32,000 nucleotides of DNA, from the sequence record SDGA01000013.1. The stretch is one strand, 5' to 3'. The notes under the pieces are model-generated. The model did not search any database, had not been told where the DNA came from, and was given only the letters and a program-made list of their open reading frames with translations. Numbering within the stretch: the first letter of the stretch is position 1; each line of letters begins with the position of its first letter. Position numbers and translations under genes: made by a program. Below, piece by piece: positions 20,484 to 31,453 of the stretch.

Positions 20484-20598
20484 GTTGTGATAGGAAAAAA
20501 CCGTAAGGAGAGGAGTGTGGAAGGGAATCGTACAGGAGGGTAGGAGAAAGTGCTGAAAAAACGCATTTTTTGTAAGTGAGAATGGATCTGTGGGTGGA
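20484..20598. repeat. Orphan partial copy of the 191-bp unit
   Basis: gttgtgatagg...gggaatcgtacaggagggtaggagaaagtgctgaaaaaacgcattttttgtaagtgagaatggatctgtg matches the core of 19103-19601. Confidence 0.9.
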
Positions 20599-20681
20599 AG
20601 TTTGCAAACTTTGGATCGTAGGAGTAAAGGGAGAGGGAGGGGAGGAGAGAAAGAGAGGTGGGGTGGGTACAGGAATAATAT

Positions 20682-20744
20682 CTGGTATATGAGATAAACT
20701 TAGACTAGAGAATAACTTAGGGATATGAGATAAACTTATACCAG
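20682..20744. other. Stem-loop enclosing a direct repeat
   Basis: ctggtata (20682-20689) pairs with tataccag (20737-20744). The loop carries tatgagataaactta twice. Confidence 0.6.
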
Positions 20745-20767
20745 AGATATAACCTGTGATGCGTGAG

Positions 20768-20861
20768 CTGGTTTTGGCGGGGCGGGGCGAACAGAGACAA
20801 GAGAAGGAAATGTTGTTCTCTGGAGTAGGGGCGTAGGGGTTAGGAAGCCCCGCAAAACCAG
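20768..20861. other. Long GC-rich hairpin (15 bp, one bulged G)
   Basis: ctggttttggcggggc (20768-20783) pairs with gccccgcaaaaccag (20847-20861). This is the densest C cluster in any spacer. Confidence 0.75.
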
Positions 20862-20974
20862 TAATGGAGAGGAGTGAAGCGTACGTATGAAGCGTAACGG
20901 ATTCAACTGAGAGAGAGGAGCGAAGCGTATTCAAATATGAGCGAAGCGAGTAGAGAGGGTGTGTGTGGGGTGGG

Positions 20975-21046
20975 GGTGGTGTAGTTCAAGGGTAGAATGA
21001 TAGAATCATAATCTGGAGGGTATGGGTTCGAATCCCGTCACCATCA
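20975..21046 (+). tRNA. trnM: tRNA with CAU anticodon (elongator Met, or Ile if lysidine-modified)
   Basis: Acceptor ggtggtg/caccatc, D stem gttc/gaat, loop atCATaa, T arm atggg-ttcgaat-cccgt. The 3' half resembles bacterial elongator tRNA-Met (GGTTCGAATCCCGTC). Confidence 0.8.
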
Positions 21047-21164
21047 GTAGATGGTGAGGCAGGGTGAGGCTGAAGTGGGAGAGGTGTCTGTTTTGGGAAT
21101 AGAAGAGAGTGTGTTCGAGTCACATCATCCTGAGAAAGAAGAGGAGAGTGAAGAGAAGAGGAAG

Positions 21165-22715
21165 ATGAGGAAGTGGTGGTTGAGATGGGTGATGACGACG
21201 AATCATAAGGATATAGGTACGATGTATTTGATATATGGAGCATGGATGGGAATGATGGGAGCAGGGATATCAGTGATAATGAGGATGGAGTTGAGTAATG
21301 TGGGGAGTAGTGTATTAGGAGGGAATAGTCAGTTGTATAATGTGTTGGTAACGGGTCATGGTGTGATAATGTTATTGATGGTGGTAATGCCAGTGATGTT
21401 TGGAGGATATGGGAATTGGTGGGTGCCGATAATGATAGGAGCAGGAGAAATGGCGTTCCCAAGGATGAATAATGTAAGTTTTTGGTTGATGCCGTTGTCG
21501 ACGGTGTTAATGGTGTTGTCGATGTTAGTGGATGGAGGAGGAGGAGTGGGTTGGACGGTGTATCCGCCATTGAGTGGGATAGAGGGTCATAGTGGAGGAG
21601 GAGTAGATATGTTGATAGTGAGTTTACATGTGTTGGGGTTATCGTCGATAATAGGAGGGATAAATATGTTAAGTACGATAAGTAATATGAGGAATGAGGT
21701 GATGGAGATGGAGAGGATGCCGTTGTTTGTGTGGTGTATAGGTATGACGGCAGTATTGGGGTTGTTGGTGTTGCCGGTATTGGCGGGAGGAGTAACGATG
21801 TTGTTGACGGATAGGAATATGGGTACGAGTTTTTACAGTGCAGGAGGAGGAGGGGATGCGGTGTTGTATGAGCATTTGTTTTGGTTTTTTGGTCATCCGG
21901 AAGTGTATATGTTGATATTACCTGGGTTTGGTATAATAAGTCAGGTAGTGAGTGAGTATAGCAGGAAGGAGATATTTGGTTACATAGGAATGGTGTATGC
22001 GATAATAGGGATAGGAGTAGTGGGGAGTGTGGTGTGGGCGCATCATATGTTTGTGTCTGGGATGGATGTGGATACGAAGGGATATTTTATGGCGGCGAGT
22101 ATGATAATAGCGATCCCGACAGGGATAAAGGTGTTTAGTTGGTTGGGTACGATGTGGGAAGGAAGGATAGTGTGGAGTGTAGGAATGAAGTTTGCGAGTG
22201 GGTTTATAATGTTGTTTGTGATAGGAGGATTAACGGGGTTGATAGTGTCGAATGCGGGGTTGAATATAAGTATGCATGATACGTATTATGTGGTAGGGCA
22301 TTTCCATTATGTGTTGTCGATGGGAGCATTGTTTGCGATATATAGTGGATATTATTATTGGACGGGTAAGATGACGGGAGTGGAGTATAGTGAGGAGGGA
22401 GGAAAGATTCATTTTTGGAGTACATTTATAGGAGTGAATATAACGTTTTTCCCGATGCATTTTCTAGGTTTGGGAGGAATGCCAAGAAGGATAGGGGAAT
22501 ATGTGGATGGATATGAGGGTTGGAATAGGGTAGCGAGTTATGGTTCGTTGGTAACGTTGTTATCGATGGTGTATTGGGTGTGGTTAGTGGTGAAGAGTTG
22601 GGAGAGGAGTAAGGAGAGTGAAGTAGAGGTGGAAGGAAGGAGTATAGAGTGGGGAATGGGTAGGATAGGATATCATAATTGGAAGGAAGAGGTGATGTTA
22701 GTGAAGGAAGAATGA
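21165..22715 (+). CDS. cox1: Cytochrome c oxidase subunit 1
   Basis: Motifs [63 protein letters not shown]. The ORF opens at 21051 right after trnM; the ATG at 21165 ([16 protein letters not shown]) fits the usual N-terminus. Confidence 0.96.
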   Translation: MRKWWLRWVMTTNHKDIGTMYLIYGAWMGMMGAGISVIMRMELSNVGSSVLGGNSQLYNVLVTGHGVIMLLMVVMPVMFGGYGNWWVPIMIGAGEMAFPRMNNVSFWLMPLSTVLMVLSMLVDGGGGVGWTVYPPLSGIEGHSGGGVDMLIVSLHVLGLSSIIGGINMLSTISNMRNEVMEMERMPLFVWCIGMTAVLGLLVLPVLAGGVTMLLTDRNMGTSFYSAGGGGDAVLYEHLFWFFGHPEVYMLILPGFGIISQVVSEYSRKEIFGYIGMVYAIIGIGVVGSVVWAHHMFVSGMDVDTKGYFMAASMIIAIPTGIKVFSWLGTMWEGRIVWSVGMKFASGFIMLFVIGGLTGLIVSNAGLNISMHDTYYVVGHFHYVLSMGALFAIYSGYYYWTGKMTGVEYSEEGGKIHFWSTFIGVNITFFPMHFLGLGGMPRRIGEYVDGYEGWNRVASYGSLVTLLSMVYWVWLVVKSWERSKESEVEVEGRSIEWGMGRIGYHNWKEEVMLVKEE

Positions 22716-22782
22716 AGAGAAGGAGGGAGAAAGAGAGGAAAAGGATGAGTGAAGGAAGAGGAAGTAGGTTGTGTGTGGAGAC

Positions 22783-23133
22783 GTTAAGGAAGGAGATGAG
22801 TAGAAGGAGAAGGGGAGTGAGTAGGATAAGATGGAGGGAGAGAATAAAAAGGGGAGAAGAGATAGGATATTAAAAGAGGAGAGTGAGAAGAAGAGAGAGA
22901 AGAGGGTGAGGAGAAAGAAGAAGAAGAAAGAGAAGAGGTAAGAGAGAGGGAGAGAGAAGAGAGAGAAGAAGGAAGAAGGAGAGGGGTTGAGGTAGAAGAA
23001 GGAAGGAGAGAGAGAAGGAAAGGTGTAAAGGAAGAAGGAAGAGTAGGTGAAGAGAGAGGAAAAGGGAGAAAGAGGAAAGAAGGAGAGGGAAGAAGGAGAA
23101 AGAAAGGAGGTGTAAGAGTAGGGAGAGTAGAAG
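22783..23133 (+). repeat. C-free, purine-rich low-complexity spacer (copy 2)
   Basis: No C between 22782 and 23134. Confidence 0.9.
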
Positions 23134-23207
23134 CAAAGAGGAGAAAGCTGTCGCACTGTAAATGCGGAGGAGAAATCCAAATGTAGGTTCGAGTCCTATC
23201 TCTCTCA
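23121..23207 (+). tRNA. trnY: tRNA-Tyr (GUA), copy 2
   Basis: Identical to 562-648. Confidence 0.75.
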
Positions 23208-23219
23208 GGGGAGGTAGGA

Positions 23220-24404
23220 ATGGAAGGGTGTGTGTTGGTGTACAAGTACGGAAGAGGAAGTATAATAGAGGAGATAGGTAAGGAAGGAATAAGGAAGGGT
23301 ATGGGTATAGGAAGTATATGGAGTAGTGTAGAGGGAGTGGGTGTGATAATAATAATGGGGATGATGATGGTGAGTATAAAAAGGGGAGTAAGGTATAGGA
23401 GGGAGGGTAAGATAATAGGAGGAGTAATGAGTATGAGTAGGGAGATAATAGGAAGAAAGGAGGAGGAGGTAGAAGTGGAGGAAGTAAAGAAGCAGTTGAA
23501 AGAGGAGAAGGAATTGTGGCATCCGGTGATGATGTTAATGGGGTATGTAATACAGAGTATGGGTAATGGTAGGAGTGACGTAAGAAGAAGGAAGGGTAGA
23601 GAGATAAGCATGTTAGTGGTGAGTATAGGTATAATAATGGGAGGAGAGTGGTCGATGGAGATAGAGGGTTGGGGAGGATATTGGAGTTGGGATGGAGTAG
23701 AGAAGGTGAGTATGATAGTGTGGATGATGATAATAAGTGGTATACATAGTGAGAGGAATAGAGGAATAAGTAGGGTAGAGTGGGGAATGAGTATGTATAT
23801 GAGTGAGAAGATAGGAAGGGGAGGAATAGAGAGTATACATAGTTTTGTGGGTAGAAGAGGAATAAGGGAGGAGTGGATATGGGTAGTAGTGAGTATGAGA
23901 AAAGTGGAAGGAAGAAGAGAGAGTAAGGAGTTGAGTAAAAAGATGATAGTGATGGTGATGGTGTTAGTGGGGATAGGAGAGGTGGGAATAAAGAGTGTAG
24001 TGTTAGGAGTGTGTATGTTGTGGTGGAAGCCGTATAGGATAATGGGAGGAGTAATGGGAGGAAGAGGAGAAAAGGAGTGGGAAGAGAAAGGAGGAGGAGA
24101 GTTAGTGAGTGTATGTAGAGAGGTGGGAGTGCATAGAGTGATAGGAATGGGAATGATGTTAGTGATGTTAGGAGAGGAGGAAGAAAAGGAGAGTAAGAGA
24201 GTGTTGAATAAGGAAGAAGAAGAGGGAAAGGTGTGGTTAGAGGGTAAGAGTAGTAAGAGGAGTATAATGAAGGAGGAAGTAAAGAAGGAAAGGATAAGAG
24301 AGTATAGTGAGGTGAGGATAGAGGAGATAGGAGGAATAATGATAGGATGTATGGTAGCCCATTGGAGCAATTTGAAGTGGTATCGTTGTATAAGATGGAG
24401 GTAG
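23220..24404 (+). CDS. ccmF: Cytochrome c maturation (System I) heme lyase subunit CcmF, short form (394 aa)
   Basis: GWGGYWSWDGVEKVSMIVWMMIISGIHS matches the CcmF WWD motif GWGGWWFWDPVENAS...HS. SIHSF matches SVHAF. The 3' end is uncertain: it overlaps atp6 by 58 nt, and copy 1 stops at the equivalent of about 24240. Confidence 0.85.
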   Translation: MEGCVLVYKYGRGSIIEEIGKEGIRKGMGIGSIWSSVEGVGVIIIMGMMMVSIKRGVRYRREGKIIGGVMSMSREIIGRKEEEVEVEEVKKQLKEEKELWHPVMMLMGYVIQSMGNGRSDVRRRKGREISMLVVSIGIIMGGEWSMEIEGWGGYWSWDGVEKVSMIVWMMIISGIHSERNRGISRVEWGMSMYMSEKIGRGGIESIHSFVGRRGIREEWIWVVVSMRKVEGRRESKELSKKMIVMVMVLVGIGEVGIKSVVLGVCMLWWKPYRIMGGVMGGRGEKEWEEKGGGELVSVCREVGVHRVIGMGMMLVMLGEEEEKESKRVLNKEEEEGKVWLEGKSSKRSIMKEEVKKERIREYSEVRIEEIGGIMIGCMVAHWSNLKWYRCIRWR

Positions 24405-25084
24405 AGGGAAGGGAGATAGGTATAAGTAATATAGGAGTATATATAATAATGTTGAGTATAGTATGGGTAAGGAAGATGGAGAGGAGAAGAGTGAGGTTAA
24501 AGAAGGGAAGGTGGGAGTGGATAGGAGAGGAGTATTATAGGCAGATAGGAAGGATAGTAAAGGAGAATGTGGGAGAGGAGAGATATGTGAAGATAATATA
24601 CATAATAGGAGGAATGATAATAATGAGTAATATGAGTGGAATGGTGCCGTATAGTTATACGGTAACGAGTCAGATAGGAGTAAGCATGTGTATGAGTATG
24701 ATGGTGTTTATAGGAGTAAATATAATAGGAATAAGAGAAAGGGGAAGTGAGTTGAGTAGTATATGGTGGCCATCAGGAGTAGGATATAGGATGGGAGTGA
24801 TGATAGTGGGGATAGAGATGATATCGTATATGATGAAGGTGGTGACGTTAGGAGTGAGATTGACGGCGAATATGTTATCAGGGCATACGTTGTTGGTGAT
24901 AATAAGTAGTATGGTGAGTAGTGTATATAAGATGGGAGGAATGAAGAGTATGATGGGGTTGTTGGGAGGAGGAGGGATGTTGGTGATGTTGGTGATGTTG
25001 GAGTTGATGATAGGAGTGTTGCAGGGGTATGTATTTGTGTTGTTGAGTAGTATATATATAAGGGATGTGAGAGAGGAGCATTGA
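24347..25084 (+). CDS. atp6: ATP synthase F0 subunit a, copy 2
   Basis: Translation identical to 1783-2520. Confidence 0.95.
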   Translation: MYGSPLEQFEVVSLYKMEVEGREIGISNIGVYIIMLSIVWVRKMERRRVRLKKGRWEWIGEEYYRQIGRIVKENVGEERYVKIIYIIGGMIIMSNMSGMVPYSYTVTSQIGVSMCMSMMVFIGVNIIGIRERGSELSSIWWPSGVGYRMGVMIVGIEMISYMMKVVTLGVRLTANMLSGHTLLVIISSMVSSVYKMGGMKSMMGLLGGGGMLVMLVMLELMIGVLQGYVFVLLSSIYIRDVREEH

Positions 25085-25087
25085 AGG

Positions 25088-25318
25088 ATGCCGCAGATGG
25101 ATGTGGTGATAATAATAAATGAGGTAATAGGGTTGGGAGTAGGGTTAGGGATAGTATATAGGGGAGTGGAAGAGGGAATAAAGAGTAAGTATAAGAGTAT
25201 GAGGATAGGAGTGGAAGAAGAAAGGAGAAGAAGAGAGGTAAAGAAGGAGGAGGTAGAAGTAAGGAGAGTAGTGTTGGTAGAGAAGAGGAGGAGTAAGGAG
25301 TGTAGGGAGTTGTGGTAG
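25088..25318 (+). CDS. atp8: ATP synthase F0 subunit 8, copy 2
   Basis: Translation identical to 2524-2754. Confidence 0.8.
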   Translation: MPQMDVVIIINEVIGLGVGLGIVYRGVEEGIKSKYKSMRIGVEEERRRREVKKEEVEVRRVVLVEKRRSKECRELW

Positions 25319-27037
25319 ATGAGTGTGTTGTGTGTGGTGTTGCCGATAATAGGAGGAGTAATGGGTATGGTGAGTGGTAGAAAAATAGGGAATGAGGGAA
25401 GTATAAGAGTGAATATAAGGAGTATGAGAGTAAGTGTAATAGTGGTGAGTATGGAGATGTATGAGGTAGTGATAAGAGGAGGAAAGAAGGAGGTGAAGTT
25501 AGGAGAGTGGATGAGGGAGGGAGTAGAGAGGATAGAATGGGGAATAATAGAGGAGAGGGAAGTGTTGGAGATGATGTGGATGGTGATAGTGGTGGGGAGT
25601 ATAGTGGAAGAGTATAGTAGAGGATATATGAAGGAGGAGAGTGAGAAGGGAAGGTTTATGAGTATAGTGAGTATATTTATAGGGAGTATGATGATAGTGG
25701 TAGGAAGTGAGAATATGTTGGAGATGTATGTGGGGTGGGAGGGGATAGGGATATGTTCGTATATGTTGATAAGTTATTGGAGTAGTAGAAGGGAGACGAG
25801 TAAGGCGGGAATGAAAGCGATGGTGATAAATAGGATAGGAGATATGGGTATAATGTTGGGAATAGGTAAGGTGTATGTGAGTTATGGAACGGTGTCGTAT
25901 GGAGTGATGAAGGAGGTAGTAATAGAGGAGGATAAGATAATGGGAATAATGATAATAATGGGAGTGATGACGAAATCGTCGCAGATGGGAATGCAGACGT
26001 GGTTATCGGATGCAATGGAGGGTCCGACTCCGGTAAGTGCATTGATCCATGCAGCGACATTGGTGACGGCGGGAGTGTATGTAGTGGTGAGAATGGAAGG
26101 GATAGTGGGGAATAAGGTAGTATTGATAGGGATAGGAGGAGGGAGTATAGTGTATATAGGGATGTTGGGGATATATGCGCAGGATATAAAGAAGATAATA
26201 GCGTATAGTACGGGAAGTCAGTTGGGATATATGGTGTTGAGTGTGGGAGTGGAGAGTAGTAATAACAGTATAAGTCATGTGGTAAATCATGGTATAATGA
26301 AGGGGTTGTTGTTTATGAGTGCAGGAGGAATAATACATGGAAATAGAGAGGAGCAGGATATAAGAAAGATGGGAGGAAATAGGATAGAGGTGAGTAAGAT
26401 GGGAATAATAATAGGTAGTATGGGAATAATGGGAGTGGAGTATAGTAGTGGGTATGAGTCGAAGGAGGAGATAATAAGGGAGAGTAGTATGAGCAGATAT
26501 GGAGAAATAACGAGTATGTTAGGAGTGAGTATAACAAGTTATTACAGTGTAAGGATGATAAAGAGGGTAGTGTGTAGTGAAAGGAAGAAGAAGAGGGAGG
26601 AGGAAGAGGAGAAGGAGATAAAGAGGAGTATAGTGATAATGAGTATGATAGGAGTGGTAATGGGGTATATGAAGAGGGAGTGGGAGAGGGAAGAATGGAG
26701 TGAAGAGTTGGGGATAGGAGTAAAGATGATGATGATAATAGGGATAATAATGGGAGTGAAGAAAGATAAGATAAAAGAGAGAAGAATAGGAAGGGTAATA
26801 GGTAAGAGATGGTATAATGAGGTATGGCAGAATAGGTGGATAGGGAGTAAGGTGGAGGAGTGTGGAAGGGAGATAGTGTTGGGAATAGATAGGAAGATAT
26901 TAGAGGAAATGGGTAGAAAGGGAAGTAGAGAGTGTATGTTGGAGATGGAGAAAAAGGTAAGGAGTAGGGGAAATGTGAGTAGGTATGTAATGGGGATGGT
27001 GATGGGAATAATAATGTGGGGATGGAGTTGTGGATAG
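25319..27037 (+). CDS. nad5: NADH dehydrogenase subunit 5, copy 2
   Basis: Translation identical to 2755-4473. Confidence 0.95.
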   Translation: MSVLCVVLPIIGGVMGMVSGRKIGNEGSIRVNIRSMRVSVIVVSMEMYEVVIRGGKKEVKLGEWMREGVERIEWGIIEEREVLEMMWMVIVVGSIVEEYSRGYMKEESEKGRFMSIVSIFIGSMMIVVGSENMLEMYVGWEGIGICSYMLISYWSSRRETSKAGMKAMVINRIGDMGIMLGIGKVYVSYGTVSYGVMKEVVIEEDKIMGIMIIMGVMTKSSQMGMQTWLSDAMEGPTPVSALIHAATLVTAGVYVVVRMEGIVGNKVVLIGIGGGSIVYIGMLGIYAQDIKKIIAYSTGSQLGYMVLSVGVESSNNSISHVVNHGIMKGLLFMSAGGIIHGNREEQDIRKMGGNRIEVSKMGIIIGSMGIMGVEYSSGYESKEEIIRESSMSRYGEITSMLGVSITSYYSVRMIKRVVCSERKKKREEEEEKEIKRSIVIMSMIGVVMGYMKREWEREEWSEELGIGVKMMMIIGIIMGVKKDKIKERRIGRVIGKRWYNEVWQNRWIGSKVEECGREIVLGIDRKILEEMGRKGSRECMLEMEKKVRSRGNVSRYVMGMVMGIIMWGWSCG

Positions 27038-27039
27038 GA

Positions 27040-28391
27040 ATGATAAGTCCATGGATAGGGAGTATAATGATAAGTATGAGTAAGAGGAGTGGTAGGAAGG
27101 GAATAATAAGTAGTGGAATAGTATGGGTAGTGATGACGAGGGAGTTAGTAAAGAGGGTAAGTAAAGGAGGAGAAGTAAGTGAGGAGAGGATGGAGAATAT
27201 GTGGTATTCGGTGGGAGTGGATGGGATGTCGATAGGGTTTATGTGGTTGACGAGTGTGTTAGTGAGTGTGAGTATAATAAGTGAGTATAAGAAGGAGAAG
27301 GGAATACAGGAGCAGTTGTTGATAATGGAGGGGATATTAATGGAGGTGTTTAGTGTAAGGGATATAGTGTGGTTTTATGTGAGTTATGAGGGAGTATTGA
27401 TTCCGATGGTGATGATGTTGGGTAGGGGAGGAAGTAGGGAGCGTAGGATAAGAGCGGTATATATGTTGATAATATATACGTTGTTGGGGTCGATGATAAT
27501 GATGATGGGGATAATAGTGATGTATGTAAGTGTGGGAAGTAGTGGGTATGAGGTGTTAATGAATGTGAGGTATGGAGAGAGAATAGGAGGGTGGTTGTGG
27601 TGGAGTATAATGATAAGTATGATGATAAAGATGCCGTTGATACCGTTGCATGTGTGGTTGCCAGAGGTGCATGCAGAAGCGCCACAGTGGGATCAGTGAT
27701 GTTAGCAGGGATAATGTTAAAGATGGGAGGATATGGTATGTTGAGGATAGGGATAGGTATGTTGAGTGAGGAGAGTGTGTATAATAGTCCGGTGATATAT
27801 GTGATGAGTGTAATATCAGGAGTGTATGGAGGAATGAGCACGATAAGTCAGATAGATTGGAAGAAGATAATAGCGTATTCGTCGATAGTACATATGGGAA
27901 TGGTAGGAGTAGGAATGTATAGTATGAGGAGAGAGGGTTATAGTGGAAGTATAATGATGATGATAAGTCATGGGATAATATCGTCAGGTATGTTTATGGT
28001 GGTGGGAATGATGTATGAGAGATATAAGACGAGGTGGATAAAGTATTATGGAGGAATGGAAAGAGGAATGCCGATAATGAGTAGGATAATGTGGATGTTG
28101 AGTATGGGAAATATGGGAGTGCCGTTAACGAGTGGGTATGTGAGTGAGATGTGGATAATGTGGGGTATAATGAGTGTGAGTAAAGAGATAGGAGTAATGA
28201 TGAGTATAAGTATGATACTGACAGTGGTGTATACGATATGGATGTATAATAGGGTGTATAAGGGAGAGAAGAAGGAGTATATAAGAAAGGAGGAGGATAT
28301 AAGTAGAAGGGAATATAACAGTGTAAGTGTGTTGTTGGTAATAATGATAATAATGGGAGTAAAGCCGAGTATATGGAGTGAGTTATGGTAA
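27040..28391 (+). pseudogene. nad4: nad4 copy 2 with a single 1-nt deletion (probable sequence error)
   Basis: gcgccaacagtggg (copy 1) vs gcgccacagtggg near 27684 splits the ORF into 27016-27699 and 27591-28391. Otherwise identical. Confidence 0.8.
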
Positions 28392-29642
28392 GTGTGTATA
28401 TAATAGGAATGAGCTTGATAGAGATGATAGTAGGAATAAGAAGGAAGGAGCAGAGGATAAGGGAGGTGACAGTGTATAGTATGATAATAGGAGGAATGAT
28501 GGAGAAGGAGAGTGAGGAGGGAATAAAGATATATAGGATGATAATGGAGGAAGAGGGAAGTAAGAGGGGAGTAATAGGGATAATGATAATAGGAGGAATG
28601 ATAATAATGTTAGGTAGAAGGAGGAAGGAGGAGGAGATAATAATAATGCAGATGAGTGAGGGGTATAAGATGATGATGATGGGAAATGAATGGATGGTGG
28701 TATATATGGGGATGGAATGGCAGTCGATGGGAATGTATAGTATAGGTATAGGAAGAGGAAGGAGTGTAAAGGAGAGAGAGGCAGGGATAAAGTATATGAT
28801 AGTGAGTGGAATAGCAGGAGGGATGTATTTGATGGGAGTGGTGAGGAATTATAAGGAAACGGGAAGTATGAAGATAATAGAGAGTGAATGGATAGAGGGT
28901 AAGAAAGGATGGATAATAGGAAGTGTAATGATGAAGATGGGAGTGGTACCAATGCATATGTGGATAAGGGAGATATATGAAGGAATAAGTAAGAGGAGTA
29001 TAGAGGTGTATGGAGTGTGGCCGAAGTGGGTAATAGGGAATATGCTGAGTAGGTGGGAAGTGGGAGGAGAGGGAGTATGGGTAATAGTGGTAATGGGTAG
29101 TATAATAGTGGGAAGTATAGGAGGATATGGAGAGGAGATATAAGGAGGTGGATAGGGTATAGTACGATAGGTCAGATGGGGTATATGTTGTGGGAATGAG
29201 TATGGGAATAAAGAGGAGAGTGTGGAGTATTACATGTGTGGGTATAGTATAATGATGAGGGAATATTGGGTTGGTGGAGTAGGAGAGAGAGAGGAGGATG
29301 AAGGAGTTAGTGATGTGTAGTAAGGGAGGAAGTAAAGAGTGGAGTAATGATGGTGTTGTTGTATTCGATGATGGGAATGCCAGTAATGATGGGATTTTGG
29401 GAGTAAGTATAGGGTGATGATAGAGAGTGTAAGGAGTGGAGAATATGGAATGGGAGTAGTGGGAGTGATAGGAGGAGTAATAGGAGGATATTATTATGTG
29501 AAGATGATAGAGAAGGTGTATTTTAAGGAGAAGAGGGAGATAGAGAGGGGGAGAGTTGAAGGAGAGAGAGGGAGAGGTAATAATGAGTATGATGGGAGTA
29601 GGAGTAGTATGGTTGGGAATGGAAGAGATGAATATAATATGA
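28385..29642 (+). pseudogene. nad2: nad2 copy 2 with multiple indels after 29140
   Basis: Identical to copy 1 for 251 codons, then gagagtataagg vs gagatataagg, followed by many 1-nt indels. Confidence 0.8.
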
Positions 29643-30613
29643 AGGAAGGAGTAAGTAAGATAATAATAGAGGGAGTAAGTAAGGAGATAGTGATGTTGTT
29701 GCCGATGTTGATAGGAGTAGCATATATGACATTGGGAGAGAGGAAAGTGTTAGGAGGAATGCAGAGGAGAAAAGGTCCGAATAAGGTAGGGATAGTAGGG
29801 ATAGGTCAGCCGATAGCGGATGGGATAAAATTGATGATAAAGGAGGGAGTGAAGCCAGTGCGTTCGGAGGGAGTGATGTATAAGGCGGGTCCGATAGTGA
29901 CATGGATGTTGAGTATGTTAGGTTGGAGTGTAGTAGGGATAGGAGAGGGGAGAGGTGATAGTGGAGATAGAGATAGGGATAATAGTGTGGATGAGTATAG
30001 GATCGTTGGGAGTGTATGGAGTAATAATAGGAGGATGGGTCGAGTAGTTCGCAGTATAGTATAATGGGAGGATTAAGGAGTGGAGCGCAGATAGTATCGT
30101 ATGAGTTGGGAATGGGAGTAATGATGATATGTGTAATAATAGGAGTGGGAAGTGGAGATATAAGTAGGATAGTAGAGGTGCAGGAGGGAGTGTGGAATAT
30201 AAGTGTGATGATGCCAGTAGTGGTGATGTATATGTGTGTGATATTAGCAGAGACGAATAGGACGCCGTTTGATTTGCCGGAGGCGGAGGCGGAGTTAGTA
30301 GCGGGATATAATGTGGAGTATGGAGGAATGGGGTTTGGGATGTATTTTTTAGCAGAATATGGAAATATAATATTAATGAGTGTAATGAGTAGTGTAATAT
30401 TAATGGGAGGATGGAATAGTAAGTATGTAAGTGGAGAGATAATAATGGGATAAAGAGTAGTGTAATAGTGTATGTGTATATATGGATAAGAGGAAGTTGG
30501 TGTCGTTATAGGTATGATCAGTTGATGAGGATAGGTTGGAAGGAGTATTAATATATGGAGGAGGATATATAATAGTGGTAGGAAGTATAATGTGGAGTAT
30601 AGGAGGAGTATGA
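29639..30613 (+). pseudogene. nad1: nad1 copy 2, multiple frameshifts
   Basis: Pieces are in ORFs 29414-30064 and 30064-30453, with indels relative to 7081-8055. Confidence 0.8.
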
Positions 30614-30964
30614 ACAGAGAATATGGGATATTAATGGTAGTGTTAGTAATGAGTATGTTGGTGAGTATGTTAGTGATGGAGATATGGGAAAGAATAAGTG
30701 AGGAGAAGAAAGATAGGGAGAAGGAGAGTGCATATGAGTGTGGATTTAATCCGTTTATGGAGGAAAAGAGTGGATATGAGATGAGGTATTATAAATTGGG
30801 GATAATGTATATAAAATGGATGTAGAGATAAGCTATATGTATCCATGGAGTATAGGAATGGTAGAGATAGGTAAAGAGGGAGTAGTAGAGGAATAAATTA
30901 TTGTTGATGTTAACGATAGGTTATGTGTATGAATGGAAAGAAAGGAGGAATAGAATGGGAGTGA
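30610..30964 (+). pseudogene. nad3: nad3 copy 2, frameshifted
   Basis: The ORF ends early at 30825 (atataataatggatg vs atataaaatggatg). Confidence 0.75.
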
Positions 30965-30985
30965 GGAAATCCGTGTAAAGTTCCG

Positions 30986-31057
30986 GTCTCCTTGGTCAAA
31001 GGGAGAAGACATTGCCCTTTCGAGGCAAAGGTACGGGTTCAAGTCCGGTAGGGGACG
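30986..31057 (+). tRNA. trnE: tRNA-Glu (UUC), copy 2
   Basis: Same sequence as 8430-8501. Confidence 0.85.
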
Positions 31058-31066
31058 TGAATGTAA

Positions 31067-31414
<348 letters not shown>

Positions 31415-31453
31415 GAAAGAAGAGGAATAAGTAGGACAGAAGAAAAGAGGGTT

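Noticed and set aside
20349-20543. Plus-strand 64-aa ORF with repeated GKKAR peptides.
   Set aside because: It is the translation of the iteron array. It has a GTG start, no ATG, is low-complexity, and has no recognisable domain.
20629-20676. G-quadruplex-forming G runs as a special signal.
   Set aside because: On a strand this G-rich, GGG/GGGG runs are frequent everywhere (for example also at 20965-20980), so their presence alone is not informative. They are mentioned only as context for the hairpin region.
21051-22715. Introns, homing endonucleases, plasmid-derived polymerase ORFs or other mobile elements.
   Set aside because: cox1, cob and rnl are colinear with their homologues, with no insertions large enough. 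No LAGLIDADG, GIY-YIG, reverse-transcriptase or polymerase-like ORF appears in any frame.
22784-24370. Very long minus-strand ORFs. Examples: 528 aa at 22784-24370, 277 aa at 973-1806, 304 aa at 20020-20934, 204 aa at 10493-11107, and 189 aa at 5820-6389.
   Set aside because: They are antisense to recognisable genes or repeats, and they are low-complexity (L/S/P/T/F/Y/H). They exist only because the minus strand is so G-poor that TAG and TGA stops are rare. I saw no conserved motifs.
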